64,000 nucleotides of DNA, from the NCBI GenBank assembly GCA_045540375.1, contig JAZQHD010000146.1, positions 32,117 through 96,116 of the forward strand, read 5' to 3'. A model generated the notes under the pieces. That model was not told where the DNA came from. It saw nothing but the letters and a program-made list of their open reading frames with translations, and made no database searches. Below, one piece after another: positions 10,179 through 20,700 of the stretch (positions are counted from its first letter, which is position 1; every line of letters starts with the position of its first letter). The position numbers and the translations under genes were made by a program. This stretch comes from Ructibacterium sp. (GTDB lineage Bacteria; Bacillota; Clostridia; Monoglobales; Monoglobaceae).

Positions 10179-11945
10179 TTACTTGATATTAACTGAGAAA
10201 ATACGGATATCCTCACAGCCATACGTGCTGATGGGAGTAATCCGGATTCCATGGCAACCCTTGTTTGTATTAACAGTTACAACTCTTTGATAGTTATCAG
10301 ACACAATCTCCAGTTCCTCCAACTGTCCATCTGCAGTAATACACTCAAACTTTATATCTTTCACAAGCGTTTCCGGAGTATGAACTGCAACAAGATCAAG
10401 AGGAATGTTGGAAACTGTGTTCTTGACAGCAATCGAGGTAGTATCACCATTGGTCTTTCGGTTCAGGTCAGAATCAAGAACGACCTTAATCTCTGATATC
10501 TGTTCTTCTTTTGCAAAATGAATATCTATGTAGTTTCCAGCCTTACCCAACCAACAATTTTCGCTTTTTCCGATTTTTCTTTCATATCCGTTGATTAATT
10601 CTGCAGCCCCCGAACCATTTGTTGTAATTTCAGCAGAATTCATAATATCAGAATACCGCTTAACAAAACCGGGAAGATAGCAATCATCCTCCATCAGCGT
10701 TTGCTGGAGGAACTTCATTTTATTTTCATATACACCCCGAGGCGATAAATCAAATTGATTCGCAACCCAGGCGGCAGTTCCGACAGCTTGACCAATTGTT
10801 GCACAGGTTGCCATCACTCTTGTAGCACTCATGGCACTATGGGTTACGCTGATATTCCGTCCTGCAAAAAACAGGTTTTCAATGTTTTTGGAATAAAGAC
10901 TTCTGTAGGGAATTCCAAAGGGCGAGGGTGCAGGATGAAAGATATTGGCAGGCTCTAAGGTTCTGATACCATCCGGATGATGATCATCCATGGTCCAGCC
11001 ACCGAAAGCTACAACATCTTCAAATTTTCCGCTTCCCTCAATATCTCTCTGGTTCATAACATAGTCACCAATATACCGTCTGCTTTCCCGCTTTCCGGGC
11101 AGATAACCAACCCAATCAAGCTCCCAGTTGTCCGCATCACAGTTGCCACTATTTTTGATATAATCCCAGATTCCATAGGCAATTTTGATCAATTCATCAC
11201 GTATTTCCTCTGCATCGTGAATGGTATCGCTGGTTCCACCAATTTCAAGATACCAATAATTTTCCTGAGGATCCTGAAGACTTGAGAAACGATTTACAAG
11301 CTCCTCCTTGGTAAACTTGTAAGCCCATGTGGGTGGTATAAAGGTTCGCTTTGAGTTGGTCTCCCTTGCTTGAATCAAGCAGGTATTCCCCATCGTCTTC
11401 TTGTCAGCCACAACAGGGGCAATGCTTTCGTTATAACGGCTCCGTTCCTCTCTTCCCATCACATACTCGGCACCGGTTAATGGTGCAAGAATACTATCTC
11501 CGGAGCAATCTGCAAAGAACTTTGCTGAAACCGTGTGGAACGTCTGGGTCGTCATCTGCCATCCAACGACTTTTTGGATGGTGTTCTCTGCTACTTCACA
11601 ATCATTACAGGTACAATTAAGAAGCACCGTGATATTCTTTTCTTTTTTCACCGCTTCAAACAAAACACTATCCCAAATAGGAAAGCTTCTGTATGGATTT
11701 CTGTGGAGATTTTCAAGGCTGATTTCCTCCAGAATACCGGTTTCGCGATTATTATCACCATGCGCTCCGCAAACCCACATTCTGATTTCACTGGATGTGT
11801 TTCCACCAAACATAGGTCTATCCTGGATAATAACGACTTTCAATCCATGCCGTGCCGCAGAAATCGCCGCACACATTCCGGCAAGTCCACCGCCTATTAC
11901 ACAAAAATCACATTCATGATCAATATTTCTAAGCATTGAATTCAT
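10179..11945 (-). CDS. FAD-dependent oxidoreductase (FAD_oxidored family) with C-terminal beta-sandwich domain
   Basis: VIGGGLAGMCAAISAAR, DCSGD, RESRR, IPYRSLYS..NLFFAGRNIS, RVMATC...GQAVGTAA. Confidence 0.88.
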   Translation of the reverse strand: MNSMLRNIDHECDFCVIGGGLAGMCAAISAARHGLKVVIIQDRPMFGGNTSSEIRMWVCGAHGDNNRETGILEEISLENLHRNPYRSFPIWDSVLFEAVKKEKNITVLLNCTCNDCEVAENTIQKVVGWQMTTQTFHTVSAKFFADCSGDSILAPLTGAEYVMGREERSRYNESIAPVVADKKTMGNTCLIQARETNSKRTFIPPTWAYKFTKEELVNRFSSLQDPQENYWYLEIGGTSDTIHDAEEIRDELIKIAYGIWDYIKNSGNCDADNWELDWVGYLPGKRESRRYIGDYVMNQRDIEGSGKFEDVVAFGGWTMDDHHPDGIRTLEPANIFHPAPSPFGIPYRSLYSKNIENLFFAGRNISVTHSAMSATRVMATCATIGQAVGTAAWVANQFDLSPRGVYENKMKFLQQTLMEDDCYLPGFVKRYSDIMNSAEITTNGSGAAELINGYERKIGKSENCWLGKAGNYIDIHFAKEEQISEIKVVLDSDLNRKTNGDTTSIAVKNTVSNIPLDLVAVHTPETLVKDIKFECITADGQLEELEIVSDNYQRVVTVNTNKGCHGIRITPISTYGCEDIRIFSVNIK

Positions 11946-11996
11946 AGTTAAAACCACCCTATCTTATCATAATACTTTGTCTGCATTCGATTCCTG

Positions 11997-12785
11997 TTAT
12001 TTTGGCTGCTTACCGATGTAGGCAAGAATACCTCCGTCTACATAAAGAACGTGTCCGTTTACCGCATTGGATGCCTCGGAAGCCAGGAATACTGCAGGGC
12101 CTACCAATTCCTCAGAGTCAAGCCATCTGCCAGCCGGTGTCTTTGCGCAGATGAAGGAATCAAAAGGATGCTTAGATCCATCTTCTTGGGGTTCTCTCAA
12201 GGGTGCAGTCTGTGGAGTTGCAATATATCCGGGTCCAATACCATTACATTGAATATTAAATTCACCATATTCCGAACAAATGTTTCGGGTCAGCATCTTA
12301 AGGCCGCCCTTTGCCGCCGCATAGGCAGAAACAGTTTCCCGACCAAGCTCAGACATCATAGAGCAAATGTTGATAATCTTACCGCCGCCCTTTTTAATCA
12401 TAGAGGGAATCACCGCTTTGGAGCAGATAAAGGGTGCATTCAGATCAACATCAATGACCTGTCTGAATTCCGCAGCGCTCATTTCGTGCATAGGGATTCT
12501 CTTGATGATGCCGGCGTTATTTACAAGAATATCGATAACACCAATCGTTTCTTCAATATCCTTTACCATAGCATTTACGGCATCCTCATCGGTAACATCG
12601 CAGATATACCCCTTTGCCTCAATCCCCTCTGCCTTGTAGGCTTCAAGACCCTTGTCAACCAGTTCCTGTTTGATATCATTAAAAACAACCTTTGCACCGG
12701 CATTTGCGAGGCCTTTAGCAATCGCAAACCCAATACCATAGGACGCACCGGTTACCAACGCAACTTTTCCATCTAATCTAAACAT
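11997..12785 (-). CDS. kduD: 2-dehydro-3-deoxy-D-gluconate 5-dehydrogenase / gluconate 5-dehydrogenase (SDR)
   Basis: TGASYGIG, NNAG, YAAAK; adjacent to kduI. Confidence 0.85.
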   Translation of the reverse strand: MFRLDGKVALVTGASYGIGFAIAKGLANAGAKVVFNDIKQELVDKGLEAYKAEGIEAKGYICDVTDEDAVNAMVKDIEETIGVIDILVNNAGIIKRIPMHEMSAAEFRQVIDVDLNAPFICSKAVIPSMIKKGGGKIINICSMMSELGRETVSAYAAAKGGLKMLTRNICSEYGEFNIQCNGIGPGYIATPQTAPLREPQEDGSKHPFDSFICAKTPAGRWLDSEELVGPAVFLASEASNAVNGHVLYVDGGILAYIGKQPK

Positions 12786-12796
12786 AGTTCTTCTCC

Positions 12797-13627
12797 TTAT
12801 CTTAAATCTTTTGTTTCAATATGATCCATATCGGTAAATTCCTGATTCTCGCCGCACATTGCCCAAATAAAGGAATATGCCTTGGTGCCAACACCAGAGT
12901 GAATGGACCAGCTGGGGGAGATAACCGCTTCTTCATTGTGCATAATAATATGCCGTGTTTCGGTAGGTTCTCCCATCATATGGAACACTGCATCATTTTC
13001 ATCCATATCCAGATAGAGATATACTTCCATACGTCTGTCATGGGTATGGCTGGGCATGGTGTTCCAGTTAGAACCTGGTTCCAATTCGGTAAGACCCATA
13101 GCAAGCTGACAACTCTTGATTACTTCCGGATGGATGTACTGATTGATCACACGCTTATTACAATCTTCCACACTGCCGCAAGGCACCTTCTTTGCCTTGG
13201 TAATGTCAATCTTTACAATGGGGTATTCCTTATGTGCAGGGCAAGAGGAAACGTAGAACTTTGCAGGATTTTCTTCATCCACACTCTTGAAAGTAATCTC
13301 CTTATTACCCATACCGATATAGATACCATCTCTGGGGTTCATTTCATACTCGGTTCCACCAACGGTAATAATTCCCTTGCCGCCAATGTTGATACAACCC
13401 ATTTCCCGTCTTTCCAAGAAATAATCGCTGGCAAGCTCCTTGCCGCCAACCAATTTGAGTTCCTGTACAACCGGCATAAATCCAGCGGTAATAATCCGAT
13501 CAATATGGCTATATACCATTTTGATATTATCTTTGGTAAACAGTTTGCTGATATGAAATTCCTCTCTCAATCTGTCTGTTGTGTAATGTTTTACATCCTT
13601 TGGGTTTGATGCGCATCTGATTTCCAT
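12797..13627 (-). CDS. kduI: 4-deoxy-L-threo-5-hexosulose-uronate ketol-isomerase
   Basis: YSHIDR, FLERRE, WNTMPSHTHDRRMEVY, SPSWSIHSG, FIWAMCGENQ. Confidence 0.97.
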   Translation of the reverse strand: MEIRCASNPKDVKHYTTDRLREEFHISKLFTKDNIKMVYSHIDRIITAGFMPVVQELKLVGGKELASDYFLERREMGCINIGGKGIITVGGTEYEMNPRDGIYIGMGNKEITFKSVDEENPAKFYVSSCPAHKEYPIVKIDITKAKKVPCGSVEDCNKRVINQYIHPEVIKSCQLAMGLTELEPGSNWNTMPSHTHDRRMEVYLYLDMDENDAVFHMMGEPTETRHIIMHNEEAVISPSWSIHSGVGTKAYSFIWAMCGENQEFTDMDHIETKDLR

Positions 13628-13668
13628 TTTACTTAAATCCTCCTAATTTTTCTATTATTCAAAGTTTT

Positions 13669-14466
13669 TTACCATTTCAAATTATGATTATGATACTGTT
13701 TTCCGATAAAAGGCACCTGAACAAAATCCTCAGGATTATGTCGAATGATATAATCGATATATGACATTACCATTTTAGCCGTTAAAACATACCCTGCAGC
13801 ATTCATATGACCGCCAAGATAAAAACGACGTTTGAATTCATCATCATACACCGGAGCATATTGATAAAAATCCAGAACATACGTATTATCGAACAAGTCA
13901 GCCATATCATGAAGCAATTTTGCGTGTTGTTCCTTAAGCTTATTGTGTTCTTCGTTTGTTTCCTTTGGCATAGTCATCAAAAAAAACTTTGCCTTTGGCT
14001 GCTTTGTCTTCAAATTCTGAATAATTCTTGCATAATACCCCGCAAAAGTCTCCTTGTTTTTCGCTCTGGCAGCTAGATTAATATCTGAAACACTTCCAAT
14101 CTCTTGATTATGTCCCAAAATATCATTAAAACCAAGCGCAATAATATACGCTTGACAAAGCTTATCTTCTTCCCAAAATCCATTCATTGGGGCAAAGCTT
14201 TCGCAATATACCTGAGCAGTCATTCCACCTTTGGAGAAATTGTAGACCTTCATTCCTGCCTGGCGTGCCATGTATTGTCCCCATGAATAGTCATAATAGT
14301 TATGATATCCTTTCGCTCCATGTTCATCACAGGATTCAAATTGTCCTGACGAAAGACTATCTCCAATGCAGGCAACGGTTCTGAAAATTTTACAAAACCC
14401 TCCGTCCTCTACAAGATTATCTAACGGTTTTTCATCTTCTCTTGCATAAAACTGACTGATATCCAT
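13669..14466 (-). CDS. SGNH/GDSL hydrolase (esterase)
   Basis: IGDSLS, LGFND, GGHMNAAGY. Start MDISQF behind AGAGGTG (ORF track 14529). Confidence 0.85.
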   Translation of the reverse strand: MDISQFYAREDEKPLDNLVEDGGFCKIFRTVACIGDSLSSGQFESCDEHGAKGYHNYYDYSWGQYMARQAGMKVYNFSKGGMTAQVYCESFAPMNGFWEEDKLCQAYIIALGFNDILGHNQEIGSVSDINLAARAKNKETFAGYYARIIQNLKTKQPKAKFFLMTMPKETNEEHNKLKEQHAKLLHDMADLFDNTYVLDFYQYAPVYDDEFKRRFYLGGHMNAAGYVLTAKMVMSYIDYIIRHNPEDFVQVPFIGKQYHNHNLKW

Positions 14467-14479
14467 TCTATCACCTCTT

Positions 14480-15592
14480 TTACTCGATGTTGCCAGCAAC
14501 AATCGTTTTCTCACAAACAACAGTTCCATTTAGATCTATCATAGAAACTTCAATGCTTCCATTGCGGAACGTAAGTCCAGTTCCAACCAGATATGCTTTT
14601 TCTTCGTGAGAAATGAATTGAGCTGCAGAACCGACCACTACTGTACAAGGTTGTCCATAAGCATCTCTTTCTCCATTTGGTTCTTCTATGGAAAACTTGT
14701 GTGTATGTCCACTTAGAATCATATCAGGCTTCACATACTCTTTTAAAAGACCACACCACTTGGTATAGCGCTCACCCTCAATATCAAAGGGTTCTTGTCT
14801 CTTGAGGGGAAAGGGTACGTGGGATACCACCATTCTATAACGCACCCCGGCATCCTCATATTCTGCCTCACTATTTCCAATGATACTTTTTAAGAACTCT
14901 GTTTCCTCCTCCCGGAAAGCGTGACAACAAATGGTGTTGCCATACTCAGGATGATCATCTGTTTTATCTTCTCCGCAATCAAGAAGGATTCCCCAGATTG
15001 ATCCTAACCGAAAGGTGTAATAGGTCTTTCCGTTATATGTAGGCGTATAGTCAGCAAGCTTTTCTGCACATACACCTCGCAAATCGTGGTTTCCACGGGA
15101 AAAGACAACCGGGATCATACCGCCGGTCAATCCCTCGGTAAGTTCGAAGATGGCATCAAATTTATCAATGCTTCCGGAATGATTGATGATATCCCCGTTC
15201 AAAATCAAAAAGTCAAAAGAACCAAATTTCTTTGCCGTCACCAAAGCTACCTTTGTATTTCCATGAACATCAGCAAGATGAAATGCCCTTGCTCCGTCCT
15301 CAGGAACAGCTCGAAACTGATAGGGAGTTTCAACCACATCTTCTGTTTCCGAAAAATAAGGCTTTCGTTCGATTATAGTGCGAACACAAACCTTGTAAGC
15401 TCCGGCACTGTCCAGTTCTTCTTTCGGTACAGTTACACGATGTATTTTGGTATCTGACCGCAAAACGCCATTGATATGATCATAATAACATTTTCCATTG
15501 ACGCTAACCCACATAAGCGTCGGTTTCTCACAGGGAAGCATAATCTGGTATGTATTTCCAACTGCAAACACTGTTGGTTTTCTATGTTTCAT
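14480..15592 (-). CDS. Calcineurin-like metallophosphoesterase (purple acid phosphatase-like)
   Basis: DVH, GD, RGNHD, GHTH motifs. Confidence 0.88.
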   Translation of the reverse strand: MKHRKPTVFAVGNTYQIMLPCEKPTLMWVSVNGKCYYDHINGVLRSDTKIHRVTVPKEELDSAGAYKVCVRTIIERKPYFSETEDVVETPYQFRAVPEDGARAFHLADVHGNTKVALVTAKKFGSFDFLILNGDIINHSGSIDKFDAIFELTEGLTGGMIPVVFSRGNHDLRGVCAEKLADYTPTYNGKTYYTFRLGSIWGILLDCGEDKTDDHPEYGNTICCHAFREEETEFLKSIIGNSEAEYEDAGVRYRMVVSHVPFPLKRQEPFDIEGERYTKWCGLLKEYVKPDMILSGHTHKFSIEEPNGERDAYGQPCTVVVGSAAQFISHEEKAYLVGTGLTFRNGSIEVSMIDLNGTVVCEKTIVAGNIE

Positions 15593-15622
15593 CGGCTTCA
15601 CACCTTTCAAAAGCAGAATAAA

Positions 15623-16471
15623 TTACACACTTTCATTTTCATCAATCATATATTTTTTAAGTTTAGGATAAACAAAAAAATTTTTGACAAACTCCGAAAG
15701 TGCATATAAAATGAGCAACTCAAAAATCAAAAAAAGCGGCAACAGAATCGCAAGATTTGCCATACCGATACGGACGATGTATACGGGGAAAATAACATGT
15801 ATTCCAGCAAGAACAAGTAGTATCAAAAAGTTTGTGGGAAGCTTGCTCAATGCAAATATCATGGAATTGCTGTAGAGTTCCTTCAAAGAAAGGTCAAAAG
15901 TAATCATCATCGGATAAATATACAGGTGCATCATGGAATACAAAATCGCAGCAACATAGACAAGATACCGCATCAAACTAAGGACGCCGCCAACCTTAAC
16001 ATAGGAAAAAATCGAGATACAGAAAACAAATGCTACGCCAAGGTCAATACAAAAAATTGCCAATGAGTTCTTCCAATTTTCTTTTATCGCGTCCCAGAAA
16101 TCACTGAAAACCCAGGCGTGCTCTTCCTTTGCATAATTTCGCATTAGATAAGTCATACCTGCGGTCGCAGGGCCAATTCCCCACAATGCGGTAAAAACAT
16201 TGGAACATATAAATCCACCAAAAAAGTAGACCGCTCCAAGTTCAACCTGATCTGCCTCAATGCCTGAAAAAAGTTGTCCCAGAAAAAAACAGGATAACAA
16301 AAATACAATAAAATAAGTAGGAATCATTGCAAGGACATAGAGAAGATTCGTCTTAACAAAAGTCCAGAACTTTCTGAAAAATATTGCAAAAAAACGAAAA
16401 AACGCTCTCGTTTCCTTTTGGTCAGGGCAATAATCCTTTTGTGGAACCCTATCAGAAAAAAGCGAACCCAT
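15623..16471 (-). CDS. YesL/DUF624 family membrane protein
   Basis: NLLY..., IGPATAG..Y, FWDAIKENWK; typical accessory of Firmicute sugar ABC loci. Confidence 0.8.
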   Translation of the reverse strand: MGSLFSDRVPQKDYCPDQKETRAFFRFFAIFFRKFWTFVKTNLLYVLAMIPTYFIVFLLSCFFLGQLFSGIEADQVELGAVYFFGGFICSNVFTALWGIGPATAGMTYLMRNYAKEEHAWVFSDFWDAIKENWKNSLAIFCIDLGVAFVFCISIFSYVKVGGVLSLMRYLVYVAAILYSMMHLYIYPMMITFDLSLKELYSNSMIFALSKLPTNFLILLVLAGIHVIFPVYIVRIGMANLAILLPLFLIFELLILYALSEFVKNFFVYPKLKKYMIDENESV

Positions 16472-16499
16472 TTCTCACCCTCCTGTCAGAATCTACCAA

Positions 16500-17135
16500 T
16501 CAACACTTTTTAAAGATTTCCAAACAATGTTTTGCAAGAACTTCATACCCATCTTCTAAAAGGTGTACACCATCCTCTCGATATAGTTTCGGATGTTCAA
16601 CAAGAACAGAATACAAATCCAGAACTTCAGCATCCAGCTCCTTTGCAACCAGAATTGCACGTCGATTTCTCTCTATCACCCGGTCATTTCTTGCATCAAA
16701 TACTGCGATGTCTTTCCCTTTCCGGACAGGGGTACTCAGCATTACCACAAGACGTTTGTCGGGAAAGCAATTCTTAACATAACAAAGTAACTCTCTATAA
16801 TACTTTTCAAAGTCATCATCAGAAAGATGCCATCCGTGCAATCCGTTATTAAAAAGAATCGCATCATACTCCTGATACTGACTATGCATATAGTCAATCA
16901 ACTTTGGAAACAACGGATTATCAACTGCTTTCGAGGTTCCAAGTCCATCAAGATAAACTTCTCCCTGAAGCAATTTGTTCAGAATATCCCGATATCCGCA
17001 GGAAACAGAATCACCGATAATCAAGGCTCTTGGTTTTTCCGGATCGTCGATATGTTCCCACCAGATACGTTCCCATTCAAAGGTTTCTAATTTGGCATCC
17101 CGATCACCAAATTCGTAGGTAAATCTATCACTCAT
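16500..17135 (-). CDS. SGNH/GDSL hydrolase
   Basis: IIGDSVS, FNNGLH, DGVH. Confidence 0.85.
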   Translation of the reverse strand: MSDRFTYEFGDRDAKLETFEWERIWWEHIDDPEKPRALIIGDSVSCGYRDILNKLLQGEVYLDGLGTSKAVDNPLFPKLIDYMHSQYQEYDAILFNNGLHGWHLSDDDFEKYYRELLCYVKNCFPDKRLVVMLSTPVRKGKDIAVFDARNDRVIERNRRAILVAKELDAEVLDLYSVLVEHPKLYREDGVHLLEDGYEVLAKHCLEIFKKC

Positions 17136-17139
17136 TTTT

Positions 17140-19269
17140 TCACCTCATAGCTCCATTCCGCTCCAGCAAAACTGCACACGCGGACAAGGGTTCCATTTCT
17201 CCAATAGTAAGTGTTTCTCCATCTAAAAAGATATTTTTATTGTAAAACTGGTCCTTGATAGAATATCCCTTTGGAATTTCAATCTGCACATCACCACAAG
17301 GTTTATGATACGCGTGACAAACCACCAAAATTTGTTTCTCGCTTTCACGATAAACGATCTGGGTTCCGGTGGGATATCTGGTGTTTCTTCCGCGATTCCC
17401 CAAAATCCTGGTTTTTCCGTTCTTGATGACATCTTCCAGCTTTTCGTAAAACCGAAGTGCCTCTTTTACAATTTCTTTTTGTCCTTCATCCAACAAATCC
17501 ATCTGTCCGGATAGACAAACTCTACCAAGAAATGTCGCCGCGAGAGAGTAAATCAATCTCTTTGGACTATCCTCTTCGTGCAGCACCGCCCAAATCAGGG
17601 ACTGCTGTGGCAACATCAAATGATGCAAATTAGCGGCAATATATGGGATTTCCAACGCCTCATGGGCATCCGAAAAGGACGAAAGGGCAGAAACACCAAG
17701 CATAGACGGTTCTAATCTATGCCCCCCCGATGCGCAATTCTCTATAATTAAATCAGGAATTTCCCGTTTCATTTCTACAAAAAACTCACGAACCATTTCC
17801 ATTTGCTGACGCAAGCCCTCGGCACCGGATTCTGCACCATCTACATCTTTTCCAATATTAGCATTATAATCAACCTTGAGATATCCAAAATCATATTCTT
17901 TCAGAAAATCAATAACCCGTTCCTTTAAGTAGCTCCGGACATCCTCACGTCTGAAATCCCAATAAGAACGAATCCCGGCAGATTTGATTACCTTTCCATC
18001 CCGCTTCAAATGCATTTCATCGTATTCCGGCTCAAAAACAAGGGCGCCTTTGGTGGTAACCTCGAATTCAAACCAGATACCGGGAATCATCCCATTTTTA
18101 CGAACTTCACGATTTAACGCTTTCATATCCGGGAAGATATCCGTATCAATCTGCCACTCGCCATTGCTCATCTGGTTGTTCCCTTTTTGACGTTGCTTGG
18201 ACCAACCGGCGTCAATCACAAAATACTTTACCCCAAACTCTTTCATAGCATTGGAAAAGCTCAACATCTTCTCCTGGGTAGGGTTACCCCAGGTTGCACA
18301 AAACTCATTAAAGCAAACAGGAATCCCCTTTTCACCATATTGCTTAGCCGCCATTTTTTGCATCTCAACGACTGCATGACAAGCATCAGAGTAATCCCCT
18401 TTCGTAACAGAAAGATATGCTTTCGGTGCAGTAAATGTTTCACCAGGCTTCAGAATCTTTTTCCATCCGCTAAAATCCCGGTCTCCGATTCCACCGCTAA
18501 AGGACAGAGTATCCCTGCATCTGGTAAGCTCCATCTGCCAGGTCGAATTAATAGCAAGCTGTGCCGCCCAGCACACATGATATTCGCTATCTTCAAGAAC
18601 CGCTGTAGGGAAGTATCGTTCTACCGGATAACTACCCTGGCTTCCAAACTTTTCACTGGGGCAAATATATCCTGCCCAGGTTTTTTCCAGAGAAAGCTCC
18701 TCAATGGATGTACAAACATGCTTTCCTTCCAAACTCCACCCGCCATAAAACCGATGTAATTTGTATGCATCCGGTCCGTCATCACCCTGAAACGGACTCA
18801 AGTTATCAAGGGAAAAGCTGGACAGCATCTCAAGAGTACATTCATGATTCGTTTCATTAACAAATGCAGTTTCTACTTCAACCCCATTGAAACCGGTAAA
18901 ATAAGTGAGTGTATGAAGAATTTTATAACCATTTCCATCACGCAGTGTTGTAACAATTTCTGTTTTTTCATCCGTCTTGGAAACATTCTGCTCTTCAAAC
19001 TGGAGACTTCGAGCGATTTCAATCGCCTTGAACGTCCGCCCAGGATTATAATAGGGATAGTCCGTTGTCTGAAAATGTACCATACTTCCCAAATCCCATC
19101 CCCGCATATACTGCGCGCGAGGATTAAAATCATCTTTCGGCATATTCCAAGGTTCTTTTTGCTGATCTGCCATAGTGGCAGGCAGAAGCATCATTGAAAC
19201 ATTGTTATTTTCATCAAACAAATACTGAACCAAGCTATCTCCAAAAATATACTCTTTCTTCTTCATCAT
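17140..19269 (-). CDS. GH36 alpha-galactosidase-like glycosidase
   Basis: FVIDAGW, PGIWFEFE, YLKVDYN (nucleophile), IENCASGG, SFSD (acid/base). Confidence 0.9.
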   Translation of the reverse strand: MMKKKEYIFGDSLVQYLFDENNNVSMMLLPATMADQQKEPWNMPKDDFNPRAQYMRGWDLGSMVHFQTTDYPYYNPGRTFKAIEIARSLQFEEQNVSKTDEKTEIVTTLRDGNGYKILHTLTYFTGFNGVEVETAFVNETNHECTLEMLSSFSLDNLSPFQGDDGPDAYKLHRFYGGWSLEGKHVCTSIEELSLEKTWAGYICPSEKFGSQGSYPVERYFPTAVLEDSEYHVCWAAQLAINSTWQMELTRCRDTLSFSGGIGDRDFSGWKKILKPGETFTAPKAYLSVTKGDYSDACHAVVEMQKMAAKQYGEKGIPVCFNEFCATWGNPTQEKMLSFSNAMKEFGVKYFVIDAGWSKQRQKGNNQMSNGEWQIDTDIFPDMKALNREVRKNGMIPGIWFEFEVTTKGALVFEPEYDEMHLKRDGKVIKSAGIRSYWDFRREDVRSYLKERVIDFLKEYDFGYLKVDYNANIGKDVDGAESGAEGLRQQMEMVREFFVEMKREIPDLIIENCASGGHRLEPSMLGVSALSSFSDAHEALEIPYIAANLHHLMLPQQSLIWAVLHEEDSPKRLIYSLAATFLGRVCLSGQMDLLDEGQKEIVKEALRFYEKLEDVIKNGKTRILGNRGRNTRYPTGTQIVYRESEKQILVVCHAYHKPCGDVQIEIPKGYSIKDQFYNKNIFLDGETLTIGEMEPLSACAVLLERNGAMR

Positions 19270-19291
19270 AAACCTCCCGGTTCAAAAGGGA

Positions 19292-19328
19292 AAAAGCCAT
19301 AGCCAATCACACGTCAGCTATGGCTTTT
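19292..19328 (-). terminator. Intra-operon stem-loop/terminator between the surface protein gene and GH36
   Basis: AAAAGCCATAGC-13 nt-GCTATGGCTTTT with a U-rich tail on the minus strand. Confidence 0.65.
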
Positions 19329-19368
19329 ATTTCTATTATGCACTAATCAATAAGTCTTAAGGTCTTAA

Positions 19369-20628
19369 TTACTGAATTGTCAGCTCTTCTGCCGGCATCA
19401 GACGATCAAAGTTGCTGTCCCAGAAGAATACTTTGACAACACCAGTCCAACCATCAGGAACAGTAACATCTACGGTTTCACCGGCAGCAAGACCGGAAAA
19501 TACCGGCAAATCAACACGAGCAAGGTCAGTACCATTGTAATTTGCTACAATAATTTTTCCGGCAGAGATTGCTTCGTTTGCCTTAATGGTAACTTTTCTA
19601 CCCTCTATGCCCGAAACCTCTGCACTCCATTCACTCTCTTCTTCCACATTGTCCCAGTTATTTAATGCTTCAACAGCCGCATCCACGGATGTCTGGGTTC
19701 TGTCGGATGCCTCAAATGCAGCTTTTGCAGTAGCAATTGCAGCAGAATATGCGTCCTGTTTATTCTCAGGTATGGTTGACTGTTCATACTCAAAACGACG
19801 AATAGCAGTAACCAAAGCATCATCATTGATATATGCATCCGCTCCGCTAACGCCGGTTCCATACTCTAATACTTTGATATTATCAATGGTTCCTCTTTCC
19901 AGTATATTCGTATGCTGAAACTGAAGTCCACAAAGGTATCTATCCTTTGTTGAATTAGTATTTACAAAACTTAACATTAAAACATCGTCCAGATACACAG
20001 AAATGGTTGCACCTGTGCCGGTTGTATCTGCAGCTGTCAAAATAACTTTAGTACGATATACATGGTCAGGATCGGTAACATGAGTACCAATTTTCGTTAC
20101 CAAGTCTGCCTCGTCTAACACAATTACACTTCCACGATTGTAAACTGTTAACGTTTGTGTATCACCATTGTCTACTAAATATAATGAAACAGTACTACTC
20201 ATATTGCTGGCATTCCATGTTGCATTAACCGCTGAATTACATAAAACTCTAACAACATTAGAGGCACTTGACACAAAAGGATTCCAGTCAAAGTTCACTT
20301 CAACAGTATAGCCACCTGAGCCATTTTGCAGCTTTCCAGAAGTTACCCCAAAGGCAGTTCTCTGCACGTTCTTATCTTCATTTTTGAGAAGTAATGCATA
20401 GTTACCTTGTCCATACTCTGCGCCATCAGGGATGGTGTAAATCCCACTTCCATCGATCACCGCAGTTTTATTGTCATAAATCGTAAGCGCGGACGCATTA
20501 TCCTCGAAGTCTTCTTCAAAAAGAACATTACAGGTAGTTACTACATTCTCACTCGCGGTAGCAAAAACCGGAGTCAGTGCTAGTACCATACAGATACAAA
20601 GCGTGATTGAAAGAATTTGTTTTTTCAT
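19369..20628 (-). CDS. Secreted non-catalytic modular protein (lectin-like beta-sandwich module A, FIVAR-like helix, C-terminal KVFFW module)
   Basis: Signal peptide MKKQILSITLCICMVLAL; module A closely matches the N-terminus of 30609..34418. Start behind CAGGAGG. Confidence 0.8.
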   Translation of the reverse strand: MKKQILSITLCICMVLALTPVFATASENVVTTCNVLFEEDFEDNASALTIYDNKTAVIDGSGIYTIPDGAEYGQGNYALLLKNEDKNVQRTAFGVTSGKLQNGSGGYTVEVNFDWNPFVSSASNVVRVLCNSAVNATWNASNMSSTVSLYLVDNGDTQTLTVYNRGSVIVLDEADLVTKIGTHVTDPDHVYRTKVILTAADTTGTGATISVYLDDVLMLSFVNTNSTKDRYLCGLQFQHTNILERGTIDNIKVLEYGTGVSGADAYINDDALVTAIRRFEYEQSTIPENKQDAYSAAIATAKAAFEASDRTQTSVDAAVEALNNWDNVEEESEWSAEVSGIEGRKVTIKANEAISAGKIIVANYNGTDLARVDLPVFSGLAAGETVDVTVPDGWTGVVKVFFWDSNFDRLMPAEELTIQ

Positions 20629-20700
20629 TGTTTTTCCCTCCTGAATTATCATCAGAAATATTTTATAAAAGGATTGTTATGCAAGACATGGTGAAAAAAA

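Noticed and set aside
12051-13609. Long antisense ORFs (241 aa and 262 aa) opposite kduD and kduI
   Set aside because: Shadow frames of conserved genes, with no RBS or recognisable motifs.
11997-13627. kduI/kduD without kdgK/eda
   Set aside because: These are often encoded elsewhere; absence from one window is uninformative.
16500-17142. Stop-codon reassignment as an explanation for the prfB UAA site
   Set aside because: TGA is used as a normal stop (genes ending at 16500 and 17140) and ORFs translate intact with code 11.
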